From an uncultured Verrucomicrobiae bacterium (GTDB lineage: Bacteria; Verrucomicrobiota; Verrucomicrobiia; Chthoniobacterales; UBA10450), in contig CAVYXA010000001.1 of assembly GCA_963772365.1 (NCBI GenBank), positions 864,001-928,000 of the forward strand: a stretch of 64,000 nucleotides of DNA, in the 5' to 3' direction. Position numbers and translations under genes: made by a program. Below, in pieces: positions 1 through 13,061 of this stretch (position 1 is its first letter; the number at the start of each line of letters is the position of its first letter). Under the pieces are notes generated by a model. That model searched no databases. It saw only the letters and a list, made by a program, of their open reading frames with translations, and was not told the DNA's origin.

Positions 1-281
1 GCCTGGTCAGGCGGGATTTTGCCGAGGCTGCGGCAGATTTCCGTTTTCAGTCGGGCATGCAAACTTCGGACGCGGTCCCGCGTGACATCCGCCAGATCGG
101 ACGAGTTCACTAGCGCTTCACTGCGAAACCCGGGAAACATCAGGCTCATCAACTCCGCGCAGGCCGCTTCGACCGAAAGCCGGGACGGCAGATTGCCGGC
201 CGCTTCGAGATAGTTAATCCCACCTGTCTCCCCATAAGTCTCCAGAAGTTCGTCAACGGCGCCACGAGTCGTCGTTTGCAT
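1..281 (-). CDS. Serine O-acetyltransferase (EpsC/CysE-type), N-terminal part, runs off window edge
   Basis: Manual translation from ATG 281: MQTTTRGAVDELLETYGETGGINYLEAAGNLPSRLSVEAACAELMSLMFPGF..., resembling the N-terminus of long serine acetyltransferases; not in ORF track. Confidence 0.6.
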   Translation of the reverse strand, partial: MQTTTRGAVDELLETYGETGGINYLEAAGNLPSRLSVEAACAELMSLMFPGFRSEALVNSSDLADVTRDRVRSLHARLKTEICRSLGKIPPDQ

Positions 282-387
282 TATGGGCAAAAGTATCCGA
301 CGCAGAATAAGCAAGCAAAGTGAATCGTTGAAGGGGAAAGGCTAGATCGATGCGCCCATTTAGCGGTTTAACGAATTAACGAATGCC

Positions 388-2593
388 ATGAAACCATTCG
401 AGATCACAGGCCTTCCACCAGACGAGCTGAATAGTTTTCTGTCCGCCACGCATTCCGACCCGTTCCGTGTTCTCGGTCCACACCGAGTGGGCAATGATCT
501 GGCCATTCGGATTTTTCGGCCGGAAGCGAAGAAGATCGACATCTTATCGGATCGCGGAACCGATGGTCAGATCGAAGCGGAAAAAATCCATCGGGACGGG
601 TTTTTTTGCGCGAGCGTGCCGGAGGCGACCCGCGAGCTGGATTATCGGCTTCGCATCACAAACTGGGACGGCTCGGAATGGACTATCCGCGATCCTTACC
701 AATACGGGCCAATCATGGGCGAAATCGATCTTCACTTATTCTCGGAGGGACAGCACTGGCAGCTCTATGAAAAATTCGGCGCGCATGTGCGGACAATCGG
801 TGGCGAAACCGGAGTTTACTTCGCTGTCTGGGCGCCAAATGCGCAACGCGTGAGCGTGGTAGGCGATTTCAACAATTGGGATGGACGCGTGAATCCGATG
901 CGCAAACTGGTCGGGGCCGGCGTTTGGGAAATGTTTTTGCCTGGCATTAAGGATGGCGCGCATTATAAATTCGAGATCAGAGCTCAGTCCGGCGCGCTCT
1001 TGCTCAAAAGCGATCCGTTCGCGTTTTTTAATCAGCACGGCAAATCGACCGCGTCGCTCGTTTACAATCTAAGCCGCTATCAATGGAGCGATGGCGAATG
1101 GATGGAACGGCGCCGGTCGAAGGATTGGCCGCGCAGCGCGCTAAGCATTTACGAAGTGCATCTTGGGTCTTGGCGACGCCGGGTCGAAGAAGGAAATCGC
1201 CATCTGAGCTATCTCGAATTTGCAGAAACGCTTTTGCCGTACGTGCTGGAAATGGGTTACACCCACATCGAGCTGCTGCCAATTGCCGAGCATCCATTCG
1301 AAGGCTCGTGGGGTTATCAGGTCACAAATTATTACGCGCCGACAAGTCGCTTCGGCACACCCGATGAGCTGCGTCATTTCATCGACAAATGTCATCAGGC
1401 CGGCATCGGCGTGATCATGGATTGGGTGCCGGCGCATTTTCCGAAAGACGCGCATGCGCTGGCCGAGTTCGACGGCACGGATCTTTACGAGCATATGGAT
1501 CCGCGCCAGGGCGAACACCAGGATTGGGGCACGCTGATTTTCAATTTCGGCCGCAACGAAGTGCGCAATTTCCTGATCGCGAACGCGCTGTTCTGGCTCG
1601 AGAAATATCACATCGACGGTCTGCGCGTGGATGCGGTGGCTTCGATGCTTTATCTCGATTATTCGCGCCAGCCCGGCCAATGGATCCCGAATGTCTATGG
1701 CGGCCGCGAGAATCTCGACGCGATCTATTTTCTGAAACGTTTCAATGAAGTTTGCTACGAGCGTTTCCCCGGCATCATGACCATCGCCGAGGAATCAACT
1801 GCCTGGCCCGGCGTTTCGCGGCCGACTTATCTCGGCGGTCTCGGTTTCGGATTCAAATGGAACATGGGTTGGATGCACGACTTTCTCGAATACATGAGCC
1901 TCGATCCGATTTACCGCCGGTTTCATCACGGCAATATCACATTCTCGCTGCTCTACGCGTTTCAGGAAAATTTCATTCTCGTGCTCAGCCACGATGAAGT
2001 CGTCCACGGCAAGCGCTCGCTCTTGTCGAAGATGCCCGGCGACGAATGGCAGCAATTTGCCAATCTGCGGATGTTTTACGCGTGGATGTACGGTCAGCCG
2101 GGAAAAAACTGCTGTTCATGGGCGGCGAATTCGGCCAATGGCAGGAATGGAACCACGACACGAGTCTGGACTGGCATTTGCTGCAGGCGCCGCGGCACGA
2201 TGGTCTGCGACGGCTGGTTCAACATCTCAATTACACTTACAAAAGCGAACCCGCGCTCTGGCAGCAGGACGACAGCTACGAGGGATTTGAGTGGATCGAT
2301 TTTCACGATGCCGATAACAGCGTGGTTTCGTTCCTGCGCAGGTCGCGCGAAGGCGAAACGATCGTGTTCGTCGTAAACGCAACGCCGATCGTGCGTCACG
2401 ATTATCGACTGGGCGTGCCGCAGCCTGGCTTCTATCGCGAGATCATCAACACCGACGCGGAAACCTACGGCGGCAGCAACGTTGGGAATTATGGCGGCAT
2501 GTCCAGCGAGAGCGGCCATGGATGGGGCGCGAAAATTCTATTTTGATCCAGTTGCCGCCACTGGCGACTGTGGCGTTCAAAGTGGAGGCGTGA
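388..2593 (+). CDS. glgB: 1,4-alpha-glucan branching enzyme (two apparent frameshifts, ~2100 and ~2520)
   Basis: [42 protein letters not shown]; continues in ORF 2046-2546 ([12 protein letters not shown]) and ends ...[13 protein letters not shown] at 2593. Confidence 0.95.
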
Positions 2594-2793
2594 GTAGCAG
2601 CTTATCGTTTTTAGGGGTTTCGAACCCGAGGGCGACATAATTCGGTTGCACCTCCAAGCCATTGTAATCCTTCCAAATGGGGGACTACACAGAAATTACG
2701 ATTCTTACTGACGATTTCATGTTTCCCTAACAGAAATTATCTTGACGGCTCCCGCCGACTTTAAGATTCTCGACGCCTCAACCCGCTAACAAT

Positions 2794-3485
2794 ATGAAAA
2801 GAAATAATCCTAACGCGTTCACACTCATTGAAATGCTCGTCGTCATCGCGATTATCGCAACGATCGCTGCATTCGCCGTTCCGGCGCTCACCAGCGCTTT
2901 GACCAAGGGTCAAATGACAGGAACCATGAACAACTCCCGGCAATTATATCTTGCCGGCTATCAGATGGCTCTCGATGGCGCAGCCAATTCGGACGGCAAT
3001 CTGGCTTGGCCTGGTGATTACGGAGCGAGTGTCACTACAGTGACAAATTACGTTGAGAAGCTTCTGCAGAATGATTACCTCAAAGGTGGCGATCTCCGAA
3101 AAGTCTTGAGCGCACCGGGTGCTGCTTGTGTTGTCACCGTTGATAATAATGCCAATCCGCCGACTGTTACATCAGTTGCTCCGAAAAGCGCGCTAAAAAT
3201 CTACAAGGTAAAGGACGCGGATGCTTCGAACACGATCTTCGCTGTAAGTGATAATTACACTTACAATACCGCTCTTGCGAATACCGCTACTCCCTATGGA
3301 GAGAAGGGTTTTATCGTCATGCACAAAGGCGGTGATGGTGCGGTCTTTCGGAAAGAATAACGCCACGGTGGCTGAACTATAACAATGACGGAGCCCAATT
3401 CCAAACAGCAGTTGGCAAGCTTCCCGGCGATGCAGACGGCACTCCTTCTACGGGTGATAATAGCCAAGGCTTGAACAATCCTTAG
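2794..3485 (+). CDS. Prepilin-type N-terminal cleavage/methylation domain protein (C-terminus probably frameshifted near 3355-3378)
   Basis: MKRNNPNA|FTLIEMLVVIAII; ORF stops at 3360 but coding-like sequence continues to ...QGLNNP* at 3485. Confidence 0.85.
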
Positions 3486-4787
3486 GCCCTAGAGTCACTT
3501 CGGATCCGAACTCGCCGTCACTAACGCGAGTTCGGATTTGCATTTTCGGGCGGACCGATGCGGCGCTGCGGATTAGTTTGCCGCGCTCAGTCGTTGTGAT
3601 GCTGTAACCGCGGCGCAGCGTCGCTTCGGGGCCGAGCACGCGCAAAAGACCTTCTGCCTCGCGGAAACGGTGGCGGGCATTTTCCAGGATTCGTAAAGGC
3701 AATTCACTAAATCGGCGGCGAAGATCGACGAGACGATTTCGCCGAAGAGCAAGCTCGCGCGCAGGGCTTGCGGGCTTGAAGCGCGCGAAAAATGTGGACC
3801 AGAGCACGCCGATAATTGTCGATCCTATGGCCGAGACAACGGCGCAATGTTTCTCGGGCATGATCGAGGCGTTGCTGCGCGTCGCGGATTCGGTTCGTCA
3901 ATTCACGCCCGAGGCCGCGCGCGCAGCCATCGATTTGCCGGCGAAGATCGACAACATCCGGCACGATCAATTCCGCCGCCGCGCTGGGCGTCGGCGCGCG
4001 CAAATCGGCCACGAAATCGCAAATCGTAAAATCGATTTCGTGACCAATCGCGGAAACGACGGGCACAGAAATGCTGACGATTGTGCGCGCGACAATTTCT
4101 TCATTGAACTCCCACAAATCCTCGATGCTTCCGCCACCCCGCGTGACCACGATAAGATCGACAGGGACAAACTTCTGGTTCGGCGCGGCCAGCTCGCGAA
4201 TCGCGACGGCAATTTCCTGAGCGGCGCCTGTTCCCTGCACCCGCGCGGGATTGATCAGGATCTGAAGCCAGGGGGCGCGGCGGCGCAGAACATTGAGCAT
4301 GTCGCGAATGGCCGCGCCGCTCGGCGAAGTAACGATGCCAATCCGCCGTGGGAATTTCGGCAGCGGACGTTTGCGTTCGGCCGCAAAAAGCCCTTCCGCT
4401 TCGAGCTTTCGCTTCAGTGCTTCAAATTTTGCCTGAAAAACTCCCAGTCCGCGCGGCTGAAGAATCTGGACGTTGAGCTGGTATTGGCCGCGCACTTCGA
4501 ACACCGTCACTTTCCCGAAGACCTGGACCTGCGTTCCATCGACAGCAGCGCCTGGCTCGGACGAGCGGCGCCATGGTGTCGCGCCAAATGACGCATCGAA
4601 TCTGTGCTCGCTGATCCTTGAGGGTGAAATATTGATGACCGCTCGGATGGAGTTTGTAATTTGAAATTTCGCCCTGCACCCAGACCGCCCGGAAATTTGT
4701 CTCGAGCGTGCCGCGAATCTGGCGAGTCAATTCGCCGACGGTGAAGACCTTGGTCGATGCCTGGAAAAAATCGCCGGTTAGTTCCAT
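3448..4787 (-). CDS. xseA: Exodeoxyribonuclease VII large subunit (frameshifted)
   Basis: VWVQGEISN, SGHQYFTLKD, TRGGGSIEDLW, SAIGHEIDFT, APTPSAAAE, TLRRGYSI spread over three ORF pieces. Confidence 0.93.
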
Positions 4788-4804
4788 TCGTGACCGACTA
4801 ATTA

Positions 4805-4875
4805 ACCACGGCGATCGCAGAGAACACAGAGTTCTCTTGGTTTTTCTCTGTGGCCTCGTGCGACCTCGGTGGTGA
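4805..4875. repeat. REP-like imperfect inverted repeat
   Basis: accacggcgatcgcagagaacacagag ... ctctgtggcctcgtgcgacctcggtggt between ruvB and xseA. Confidence 0.6.
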
Positions 4876-4877
4876 AA

Positions 4878-5890
4878 TCAAAGAAACTCTGGCTGTGCGC
4901 CAGCGGGCGGTTTGAGGCCGAGCTTTTTGTAGGCATTCGCCGTGGCCACCCGTCCTTGCGGCGTGCGCTTGATATAACCTTCCATGATCAGATACGGCTC
5001 GTTCACTTCCTCAAGGGTGCCGGCTTCTTCACCCACCGCCACGGCTAGCGAGCTCAACCCGACCGGGCCGCCGCCGAATTTGTGGATCAATGTTTCGATG
5101 ATCCGTTTGTCCCATTGATCAAATCCGTCGCGGTCGATCTCGAGCATGGCCAATGCGCGATCGGCCAACTCGGCCGTGATTTTTCCATCGGCTTTGACCT
5201 GAACATAATCGCGGACCCAACGCAGAAGATTGTTCGCTGTGCGCGGCGTGCCGCGGGCGCGAGTGGCAATTTCCGCCGCGCCGGCTGCATCAATTTCCAC
5301 TCCGAGCAAATGCGCGCTGCGCAGGATAATTTTTTGCATTTCCTCGGCGTTGTAATAATCGAGGCGAGCTGTCATTCCGAAACGCGATCGTAATGGCGCG
5401 CTGACCATTCCGGCGCGCGTAGTCGCGCCGACCAAAGTGAACTTCGGCAATTGAGACGAAGACTTCGCGCCTGCGGGCCCTGGTCGATGATGATGTCGAG
5501 CCGGTAATCTTCCATCGCCGGATAAAGATATTCCTCGATCGTCGGTTGGAGCCGATGGATTTCGTCGATGAAAAGAACATCGCCTTTTTCCAAACTCGTG
5601 AGCAATCCTGCCAATTCACCGGCCTTTTCGATTACCGGTCCGCTGGTGTTCTTGATGTTCACGCCCATCGCGTTGGCAATGATGTAAGCAAGCGTCGTTT
5701 TTCCCAGACCAGGCGGGCCGCTCAAGAGGACATGCTCAAGAACGTCGCCCCGCCGTTTGGCCGCTTCCACCATCAGTTCGAGCCGCTCGCGCACTTTCAG
5801 CTGGCCAGTGAACTCGCTGAACATTGGCGGCCGCAGCGAGATTTCGAAAGCGGGATCCGTTTCGGGTGGTTTCACAGCCTTTAAACTCAT
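4878..5890 (-). CDS. ruvB: Holliday junction branch migration helicase (frameshift ~5450)
   Basis: [50 protein letters not shown]. Confidence 0.96.
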
Positions 5891-5892
5891 CT

Positions 5893-6297
5893 TATAATCC
5901 AGATTCTTGGTTAGCACGAGCTCCGTCCCGCGCGGCTTCAGAACGTAATCGACTTTATCAAAAGCATTGCGGATCAGATGCAAACCGAGACCACCGGGCT
6001 GATCGCTTCATGGGAGCGGCCGCGCATTTCATGCGCCGCCGTTTGTTCGCCGTAATCGCGAAGGCGCAGACGAATGCATTTGCGCAATGCTTCCATCGAC
6101 AAGGCGATCGGACAATCATCGCGAAATTGATAGGCGTAACGGATAATGTTCGTGCAGGCTTCATCCACGCCGAGCACCATCAGCATTCGCTCCTTTTCGG
6201 AAAAGGGAAAACTATCGAGGAACTTGCGGACGAAATTGCGCATCAGAGCCAGATTGCCAGTGTGACTGCTAAACTCGATCTTCTTTTTCTTCATCAA
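5893..6297 (-). CDS. RsbW-like anti-sigma / HATPase_c ATP-binding protein (frameshifted)
   Basis: [20 protein letters not shown], then [15 protein letters not shown] in the next frame. Confidence 0.8.
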
Positions 6298-6433
6298 ACC
6301 GCGGAAAGGGGAAACTGGACACAGCTTCCGGCGGATTCAAGTCCATAAGGACGAAATCTCCGCGCTGGATAGGTCGCGGCATACGCATGCAAAACCAATG
6401 GACATGCCCTGGAACCACTGTTCAATTTTGCCC

Positions 6434-7139
6434 ATGTGGAAACCGCTATCATTGCTCCCCCTTATCGTTCTTGCACAATCCGCGCTCGCTCAGGAACATG
6501 CACTGCCTATGACGCATTGCGCGTAGTCGGCTCCCGATTTGGGCGCGACTCGATAAATCACATCATTTCGGTCACAGGTATAGCAGGAATCCGCAGCCCA
6601 AAACATGGAAAATCATGCTGAATGATCCGCACGCTCGCGGTGGCGTGCGCGAAATCGAAGTCGCCAATGGCCGAATCGTTTCCGAGCGCACACCGATTCG
6701 GTCTGTGGCAGGTTCGACTGAAGGCGCGACAATCGACACTTCGCGTCTGAATCTCGATTCGAGCGGCGCGTTCTCAGTAGCGAATCATACCGCCGAAAAA
6801 TCGAACACTAAGTTTAAGACTGCCAGTTATACCCTGCGGACGGATGAGCAGGGCGAGCCGATCTGGATCGTGACTTTGCAAAATGGATCCGAGCCAGTCG
6901 GCACGATCTATATCGGCGCAAACCAGGGCATTGTTATGCGCACCGAAGGGATGTTTGCCGGCGCAACCATGAAGGATGTGGAGACGGACGAGGAAGATCG
7001 CGACCAGGATGAGCGCCGTGGAATTTTCGACACCGCTAAATCGAAGATCAGCCACAGCTTTTACATAGCCCAGCATGAGGCGAGACAGATGTTTGAGCGA
7101 GTAAAACGCTCGTTTACCGACTTTATCAATCGAGATTAA
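6434..7139 (+). CDS. Secreted hypothetical protein (frameshifted)
   Basis: Signal-like MWKPLSLLPLIVLAQSALA from ATG 6434, joining ORFs 6436-6621 and 6615-7139. Confidence 0.6.
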
Positions 7140-7145
7140 CTATTC

Positions 7146-7270
7146 GTCGCGTTCTGAGCGAAGCGAAGAATCTCGAATTATTTTCAGTGGAGGATCGTCT
7201 TAGCAATGCGAGAGATATTTCGCTTCGCTCAATTCGCCACGGGACGAATCCGCCGTGGCGGACATGACAG
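7146..7270. repeat. REP-like inverted repeat with nested 30-bp insertion
   Basis: tgagcgaagcgaagaatctc ... gagatatttcgcttcgctca arms; right arm interrupted at 7234-7263. Confidence 0.75.
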
Positions 7271-7300
7271 TAAAAAGAAAATACGGATATTGCTAGATCG

Positions 7301-8244
7301 ATGGCACACGAGGAACAATGGCCAGCCCTGCCGTTTGAGGACTGGAAAAAGACGGCGGAAACGCTCCACATGTGGACCCAGATCGTGGGCAAGATCCGTC
7401 TTGCCCAAACTCCGTGGACGAACCATTCCTGGCACGTCACTCTCTATCTCACTGCTCGAGGGTTAACGACTTCGCCCATTCCGTATGGCTCATCGATATT
7501 TGAAATCCGGTTCGATTTCATCGATCACGAATTGCGTATCCTGAGAAGTGACGGTGCAGTGAAAACTCTGAATCTGCGCTCTGAGTCCGTGGCCAAGTTT
7601 TATCGAGAGGTAATGAGCATGCTGACGGAGATGAAGTTGCCGGTTAAGATCGACACTCGGCCGAATGAGATTGAAAATCCCATTCCGTTCGATCGCGACG
7701 AACAACATCGATCCTACGATCCGGAATTTGCCAACCGATTCTGGCGCGTGCTCGTCCAAAGTGATCGCGTGTTCAAAGAATTCCGGTCGCGCTTTTGCGG
7801 GAAATGCAGCCCGGTGCATTTTTTTTGGGGCAGCTTCGATCTGGCTGTGACGCGTTTTTCTGGACGGCCGGCCCCTCCCCATCCCGGCGGCATTCCGCAT
7901 CTTCCGGATGCGATCACGCGTGAAGCCTACTCGCAGGAAGTAAGCAGCCTCGGTTTTTGGCCTGGCAATGCGGCTGTGCTACGCCGATTTTTTATTCGTA
8001 TGCCTATCCGGAACCGCCGGGATTCGCTCAGGCGAAAGTTGAACCGGCTGCTGCATCGTATCACGCCAAGATGCGCGAGTTCATTCTGCCATACGATAAA
8101 GTGCGTGAAGCCGACTCGCCCGATAGCGTCCTGCTAGAATTCGCCCAAAGCACGTACGACGCGGCGTCGATCCTGGGCAAGTGGGACCGGGCTGCGCTGA
8201 AAGAACACAAACCTTCCTTGCATTCCGCCCGTCAAAGCCAGTAA
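7301..8244 (+). CDS. DUF5996-family protein (frameshift ~7975)
   Basis: TLHMWTQIVGK, NHSWHV, SPVHFFWGSFDLAVTRFSGR, EAYSQEVSSLGFWPG, FYSYAYPEP. Confidence 0.8.
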
Positions 8245-8254
8245 TTTCAACACG

Positions 8255-9261
8255 ATGAGTTCCGCAATGCGCAGCGGAACAGGAGGCATGGCGAGAAGTC
8301 AAAGATGGCTGGCGGCCGCTTTATGGCGATGTCGATCGAATGGGCGTAGCCGTCGAATGGCACGATTTCCGGTTGGGACGTTCATTCAATTGGGGCCGCA
8401 CTTTTCATCCGCGCAGTCTGGAATTTTGCTTCAATCTCGGAGGGCGCGGTGAGGTGGGCGCTGCCGCCAAGGCTGATTACGCTCCGGGGAATTCCGGCTA
8501 TTACGCGGTGGGCGATGAGCCACTGCCGGCCTCGCGTCGGGCGAATGATCGTCATCAATTTGTCACGCTCGAATTTTCACGCGCCCATTTGCAAAAGCAA
8601 TTCGTGCAAAACGAGGCCGATCTCGAACCGCAAATCCGGCAGGTGATTTTCGGCGATAAAGATGAAACGGTCGTTGCTCCGACGCGGCCGATGTCGATCG
8701 AGCACGTGCAGTCGTAGCCAGTCTGGCTGAACCGCCCGTTTCAAAGGCGGCCCGGATCATCTGGTATCAAAGCAAAGCGCTCGAACTGATGGCGCATTTT
8801 CTGTTCGCGCCCGAAGGACCAGGAATTTTTCTGCATGCGCCAGAAACGCGTCGCTCGGGAGCGGGTCGAGCGGGTAAAGGAAATATTGGCTCGCGATCTG
8901 GCGAATCCGCCGACGCTGGAAATGCTTGGCCAGGAAGTCGGTTGCAGCCCGTTTTATCTGAGCCGGATTTTTTCCCGCGAAGTCGGCCTGACGATTCCGC
9001 AATATCTTGCGCAATCTGCGCATGGAACGCGCGGCCGAATTGTTGCGCAGCGGACGCTATAACGTCACCGAAGCCGCCACTGAAGTCGGTTATTCCAGTC
9101 TGAGCCATTTCAGCAAAGCGTTTTGCGAGACGATTGGTTGCTGCCCGGTGCTTTATCCCGCCGCGAAGAATGTCGATCCTGAGATCCGTGAATCGAGAAT
9201 CGAAGATCGTGAATCGGCTGCCGATGTAACGATTCTAACGACTTCAGCGATTTACACCTGA
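8255..9261 (+). CDS. AraC-family transcriptional regulator (several frameshifts)
   Basis: [22 protein letters not shown] and [31 protein letters not shown] double HTH. Confidence 0.85.
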
Positions 9262-10790
9262 TGAAAATCTCCCGCGCCCTCATCTCCGTCTCCGACAAAA
9301 CCGGCGTTGCTGCATTTGCGCGCGCTTTGGAACGCCAGGGCGTGGACATTATTTCCACCGGCGGCACGGCCGAATTGCTGCGCAAGAAAAAAATCCCGGT
9401 GCGTGAGATTTCCAGTTTCACGGCGTTTCCCGAGGTGCTCGAAGGCCGGGTTAAAGACGCTCCATCCGCGGGTTCATGGCGGGTCTGCTTTACAAACGCG
9501 GCAATCCGAAGCACGAGGCGGAAGCGCGCGAATGCGGCTTTGAGCCGATCGATCTGGTGGTGGTGAATCTTTATCCTTTCGAGGAGACCATCCGAAAACC
9601 GAACGTCACGTTGGCCGAAGCGATCGAGAACATCGACATCGGCGGCCCATCCATGATTCGAAGCGCAGCCAAGAATTACGAATCGGTCACTGTGGTTGTC
9701 GATCCTGCCGATTACGACACCGTGCTTGAGACGATGCGCGAGAACAATGGCGAGACCACGTTGAAATTGCGCGAACGACTTGCCATCAAGGCGTTCATCA
9801 AAACCTCGGATTACGACCGGGCGATCGGCAATTTTCTGAACAAAGAACAAACTACCGACGGTTCGTTTTCGATTTCGCTCCCACTGGCCATGCGTTTGCG
9901 CTACGGAGAAAATCCGCACCAGAGGGCGGCGCTCTACGGCGATTTCGAGCGGCATTTCGAAAAACTCCACGGCAAAGAACTTTCCTTTAACAACATCCTC
10001 GACATTAGCGCAGCCACGAACCTGATAGGCGAATTCGAAGCGCCAACTGTCGCGATTCTGAAGCATACAAATCCATGCGGAGTCGGTTCCGATGTCGATC
10101 TTCGGGAAGCCTGGGAGAAAGCGTTCGCCACTGACAAGCAGGCGCCATTTGGCGGGATCATCATTTGCAACCGACCGATGAACGAATCGCTGGCCAAAGC
10201 TATCAGCGAAATTTTTAGCGAGGTGATCATTGCGCCGGAGTTCGATCCGAAAGCGCGCGCGATTTTGCAGAAGAAAAAGAATCTTGCGGCTGATCCGGCT
10301 GGTATCTCTCGGTCAATGAAGCGCGGCCAAAGATCGACATCCGCTCGGTGTTCGGCGGCGTTCTGGTGCAGGATACGGATGGTCCGAACGAGATCCCGCA
10401 ACGCGTCGTGACAAAGCGAGAACCGACAAGAGCTGAACTGGACGCGATGCTTTTCGGCTGGCGCGTGGTCAAGCATGTGAAATCGAACGCGATTGTTTAT
10501 GCCGGGGCGGATCGGACGCTGGGAATTGGCGCGGGACAAATGTCGCGGGTCGATGCCTCTCGCATATCGCGATTTGGAAAGCGGAGGAAGCCGGCCTTTC
10601 TCTCAAAGGCAGCGCCGTCGCCAGTGATGCGTTCTTTCCATTTCCCGATGGATTAATCGCCGCCGCCGATGCCGGCGCGACCTGCGCGATTCAACCGGGC
10701 GGTTCAGTCCGGGACAATGAAGTGATCGCCGCCGCAAATGAGCGTGACATGTCGATGATCTTCACCGGCATTCGCCATTTCCGGCATTGA
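9261..10790 (+). CDS. purH: Bifunctional AICAR transformylase/IMP cyclohydrolase (frameshifted)
   Basis: [51 protein letters not shown], terminal GIRHFRH*. Confidence 0.96.
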
Positions 10791-10821
10791 GAGCGTTAGC
10801 GCGTCAGGCGGGCAGGCAGAA

Positions 10822-11019
10822 TTAGCGTCTCGCTGAAAGTCGCCATGTCCAGATGCTCAATGTGCCGGCGATGATCACTCCGACGACGCTTACCCACATT
10901 GGGATTTGAGTCGTGCTGATCACGATCTGGGCTTGAGTAACCAGGCGCCAGAGATGGCCGATGGCAACGAGAGCGAAAATCAAGCCCGAAACGCGTAAAC
11001 CAGTTGCTTGCGGATTCAT
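10822..11019 (-). CDS. Small two-TM membrane protein
   Basis: MNPQATGLRVSGLIFALVAIGHLWRL...; own ATG at 11019. Confidence 0.6.
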   Translation of the reverse strand: MNPQATGLRVSGLIFALVAIGHLWRLVTQAQIVISTTQIPMWVSVVGVIIAGTLSIWTWRLSARR

Positions 11020-11060
11020 GGGCTGATTCTTTCCAGAGGTGCTGGCATTTGTCAGCAAAA

Positions 11061-11583
11061 TTAAACGGATCTTGCCCGTACAAAACGTAATCGCTTGCAC
11101 GACAATCCCCAGCAAGGCTAGCGCAGCAAACAGAATCGCCGTGCCAGCAGCGGGAAGAGTAACGACGCTTTGGATCAGGTATGCGCCGACGACGGAGGAA
11201 AGAACAATCAGTGCCCAATCAAATACCAAGAGCAACAGAATTGCCCCAACGATTCCTCCGATCAAAAACGTGATCACGGAATAGCTCATGTGTTGGACAA
11301 AGAATGTGGCTGCGACGGCAGTCGCCAGTTTGCCGCCCGCCAGAAATCCGACAAGCGCAATGGCGAGCTTTTGGAGAAATAAAGCGAGCAATGCGCCGAT
11401 GAACCCGAGCACGAGCGCAAAGGTGAGGGCCAAGACAGGCGAAGGTTCATGGGCAAGCACCGGCGCGATTTCCACACCGGCGGCAAAGCCAACGGCAGCC
11501 ACGCATAGCCAGAAAAGCTTGCGCCCGAAGAGCAGAATGATTGCGCCGATAATCGCGCTCAAGATAGGAAGGGAAGCATTCAT
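11061..11583 (-). CDS. Multi-pass membrane protein (DUF4203/TMEM198-like)
   Basis: LLFGRKLFW, Gly-rich hydrophobic helices; probable true stop at 11061 after an indel. Confidence 0.7.
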
Positions 11584-11693
11584 AGACTAGTTCCCTGCAC
11601 GGTTGAATCTTCGGCCATTGCTGCTCAAAGCCAAGTCTTGCTCTCTTTCAAAAAGATTGCCTGAAAACGCCAGGGCTGAGTTAAGATGCGGAC

Positions 11694-13034
11694 GTGCGCG
11701 GGGAAGATCGACATCGTCGTGAATCGCTAGCCGAGCCGTTACCCGCTACTCCTGCCCTTCCACCCGGAACAACCCAACGCACGCTCGCCATTATCATGGG
11801 CGGTGGCGCCGGTACGCGCCTGTTTCCGTTGACGAAGGATCGAGCAAAACCAGCAGTGCCGCTGGGCGGAAAATACCGATTGGTCGATATCCCGATCAGT
11901 AACTGTCTCAACTCGGGGCTGCGCTCGATTTATGTGCTGACGCAATTCAACACGATGTCGCTGCATCGGCACATTCAGGCCAGCTATAAGTTCGACAATT
12001 TTTCGCGCAGCTTTGTCGATATTTTGGCGGCGCAACAAACGCCGGCCGGCGCGCATTGGTATCAGGGAACTGCTGACGCCGTCCGCCAAAACATGCGCTA
12101 CTTTCTCGAGCATCCCTTCGAGTACTATCTGATTCTGAGCGGCGACCAGCTCTACCGAATGGATTTCCGGTCCCTACTTCATCAGCATATTCGGTCCGGG
12201 GCGGAAATAACACTGGCGACCAAACCGGTGCATCGCGATCACGTTTCCGAATTTGGGATCATGCGAAGCGACGTCGATCGGCGAATCACGCGATTCCTGG
12301 AAAAGCCGACGGACGAAGCCGCGATTACCGAGATGAAAATGAGCCGGGAACTACTGGCGGCGGTGGACTTAAACCAGGACGAGGAGCTGTTCCAAGCATC
12401 CATGGGCATTTATGTGTTTAACCGTGATGTGCTGGTGAAATGCCTCGATAACGACCTCGCGGATTTTGGGAAACACGTCATTCCGCAATCGATCCGCGAA
12501 CGACACGTGAGCGCTTACATTTTCAACGGTTACTGGGAAGACATCGGAACAATCCGCGCATTTTACGAAGCGAATCTCGATCTGACCAACATCATGCCGG
12601 AATATAGTTTTTTCGAACCGGATACGCCGATTTACACGCATCCGCGCTTTTTGCCGGGCAGTAAAGTCAATGGAGCCACGTTGCGGCAGGCCCTCATCTC
12701 GGATGGATGCATTATTTCCGATGCCCACCTGGAACGATGTGTAATCGGTATTCGGAGCGTGATCCACAACGGCGCGACCATTCGTAACAGCATTATCATG
12801 GGCGCGGATCATTTCGAATTGGACGGTGCGGACTCGGGCCAGCCGCCAATCGGAATCGGGCGAAATTGCGTAATTGATCGGGCTATCATCGACAAGAACG
12901 CCCGAATCGCTGATGGAGTAGTGATTACGCCGGAAGGCAAACCGGAGAATGTCGACGGCGAAAATTACTTCATCCGCGATGGCATCGTGGTCGTGCCGAA
13001 GAATGCGGTCATCCCGGCCGGGTTCTGGATCTAA
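11694..13034 (+). CDS. glgC: Glucose-1-phosphate adenylyltransferase
   Basis: GGGAGTRLFPLTKDRAKPAVP, WYQGTADAV, LSGDQLYRMD, ASMGIYVF, YWEDIGT. Confidence 0.97.
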   Translation: MRGEDRHRRESLAEPLPATPALPPGTTQRTLAIIMGGGAGTRLFPLTKDRAKPAVPLGGKYRLVDIPISNCLNSGLRSIYVLTQFNTMSLHRHIQASYKFDNFSRSFVDILAAQQTPAGAHWYQGTADAVRQNMRYFLEHPFEYYLILSGDQLYRMDFRSLLHQHIRSGAEITLATKPVHRDHVSEFGIMRSDVDRRITRFLEKPTDEAAITEMKMSRELLAAVDLNQDEELFQASMGIYVFNRDVLVKCLDNDLADFGKHVIPQSIRERHVSAYIFNGYWEDIGTIRAFYEANLDLTNIMPEYSFFEPDTPIYTHPRFLPGSKVNGATLRQALISDGCIISDAHLERCVIGIRSVIHNGATIRNSIIMGADHFELDGADSGQPPIGIGRNCVIDRAIIDKNARIADGVVITPEGKPENVDGENYFIRDGIVVVPKNAVIPAGFWI

Positions 13035-13061
13035 TTTGGGCGGAGCTGCTTCGCAGCAGGA

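Noticed and set aside
5372..5983. RsbW-like C-terminus in frame with RuvB
   Set aside because: A single indel near 5895 would restore a TAA just before the ruvB ATG; the region is rich in indels
6377..6391. Sigma54-like CGGCATACGCATGCA
   Set aside because: Spacing is GG-N9-GC, not the required N10
10822..11583. 253-aa fused membrane protein
   Set aside because: Better read as two genes joined by an indel in a T run near 11085; the second has its own ATG
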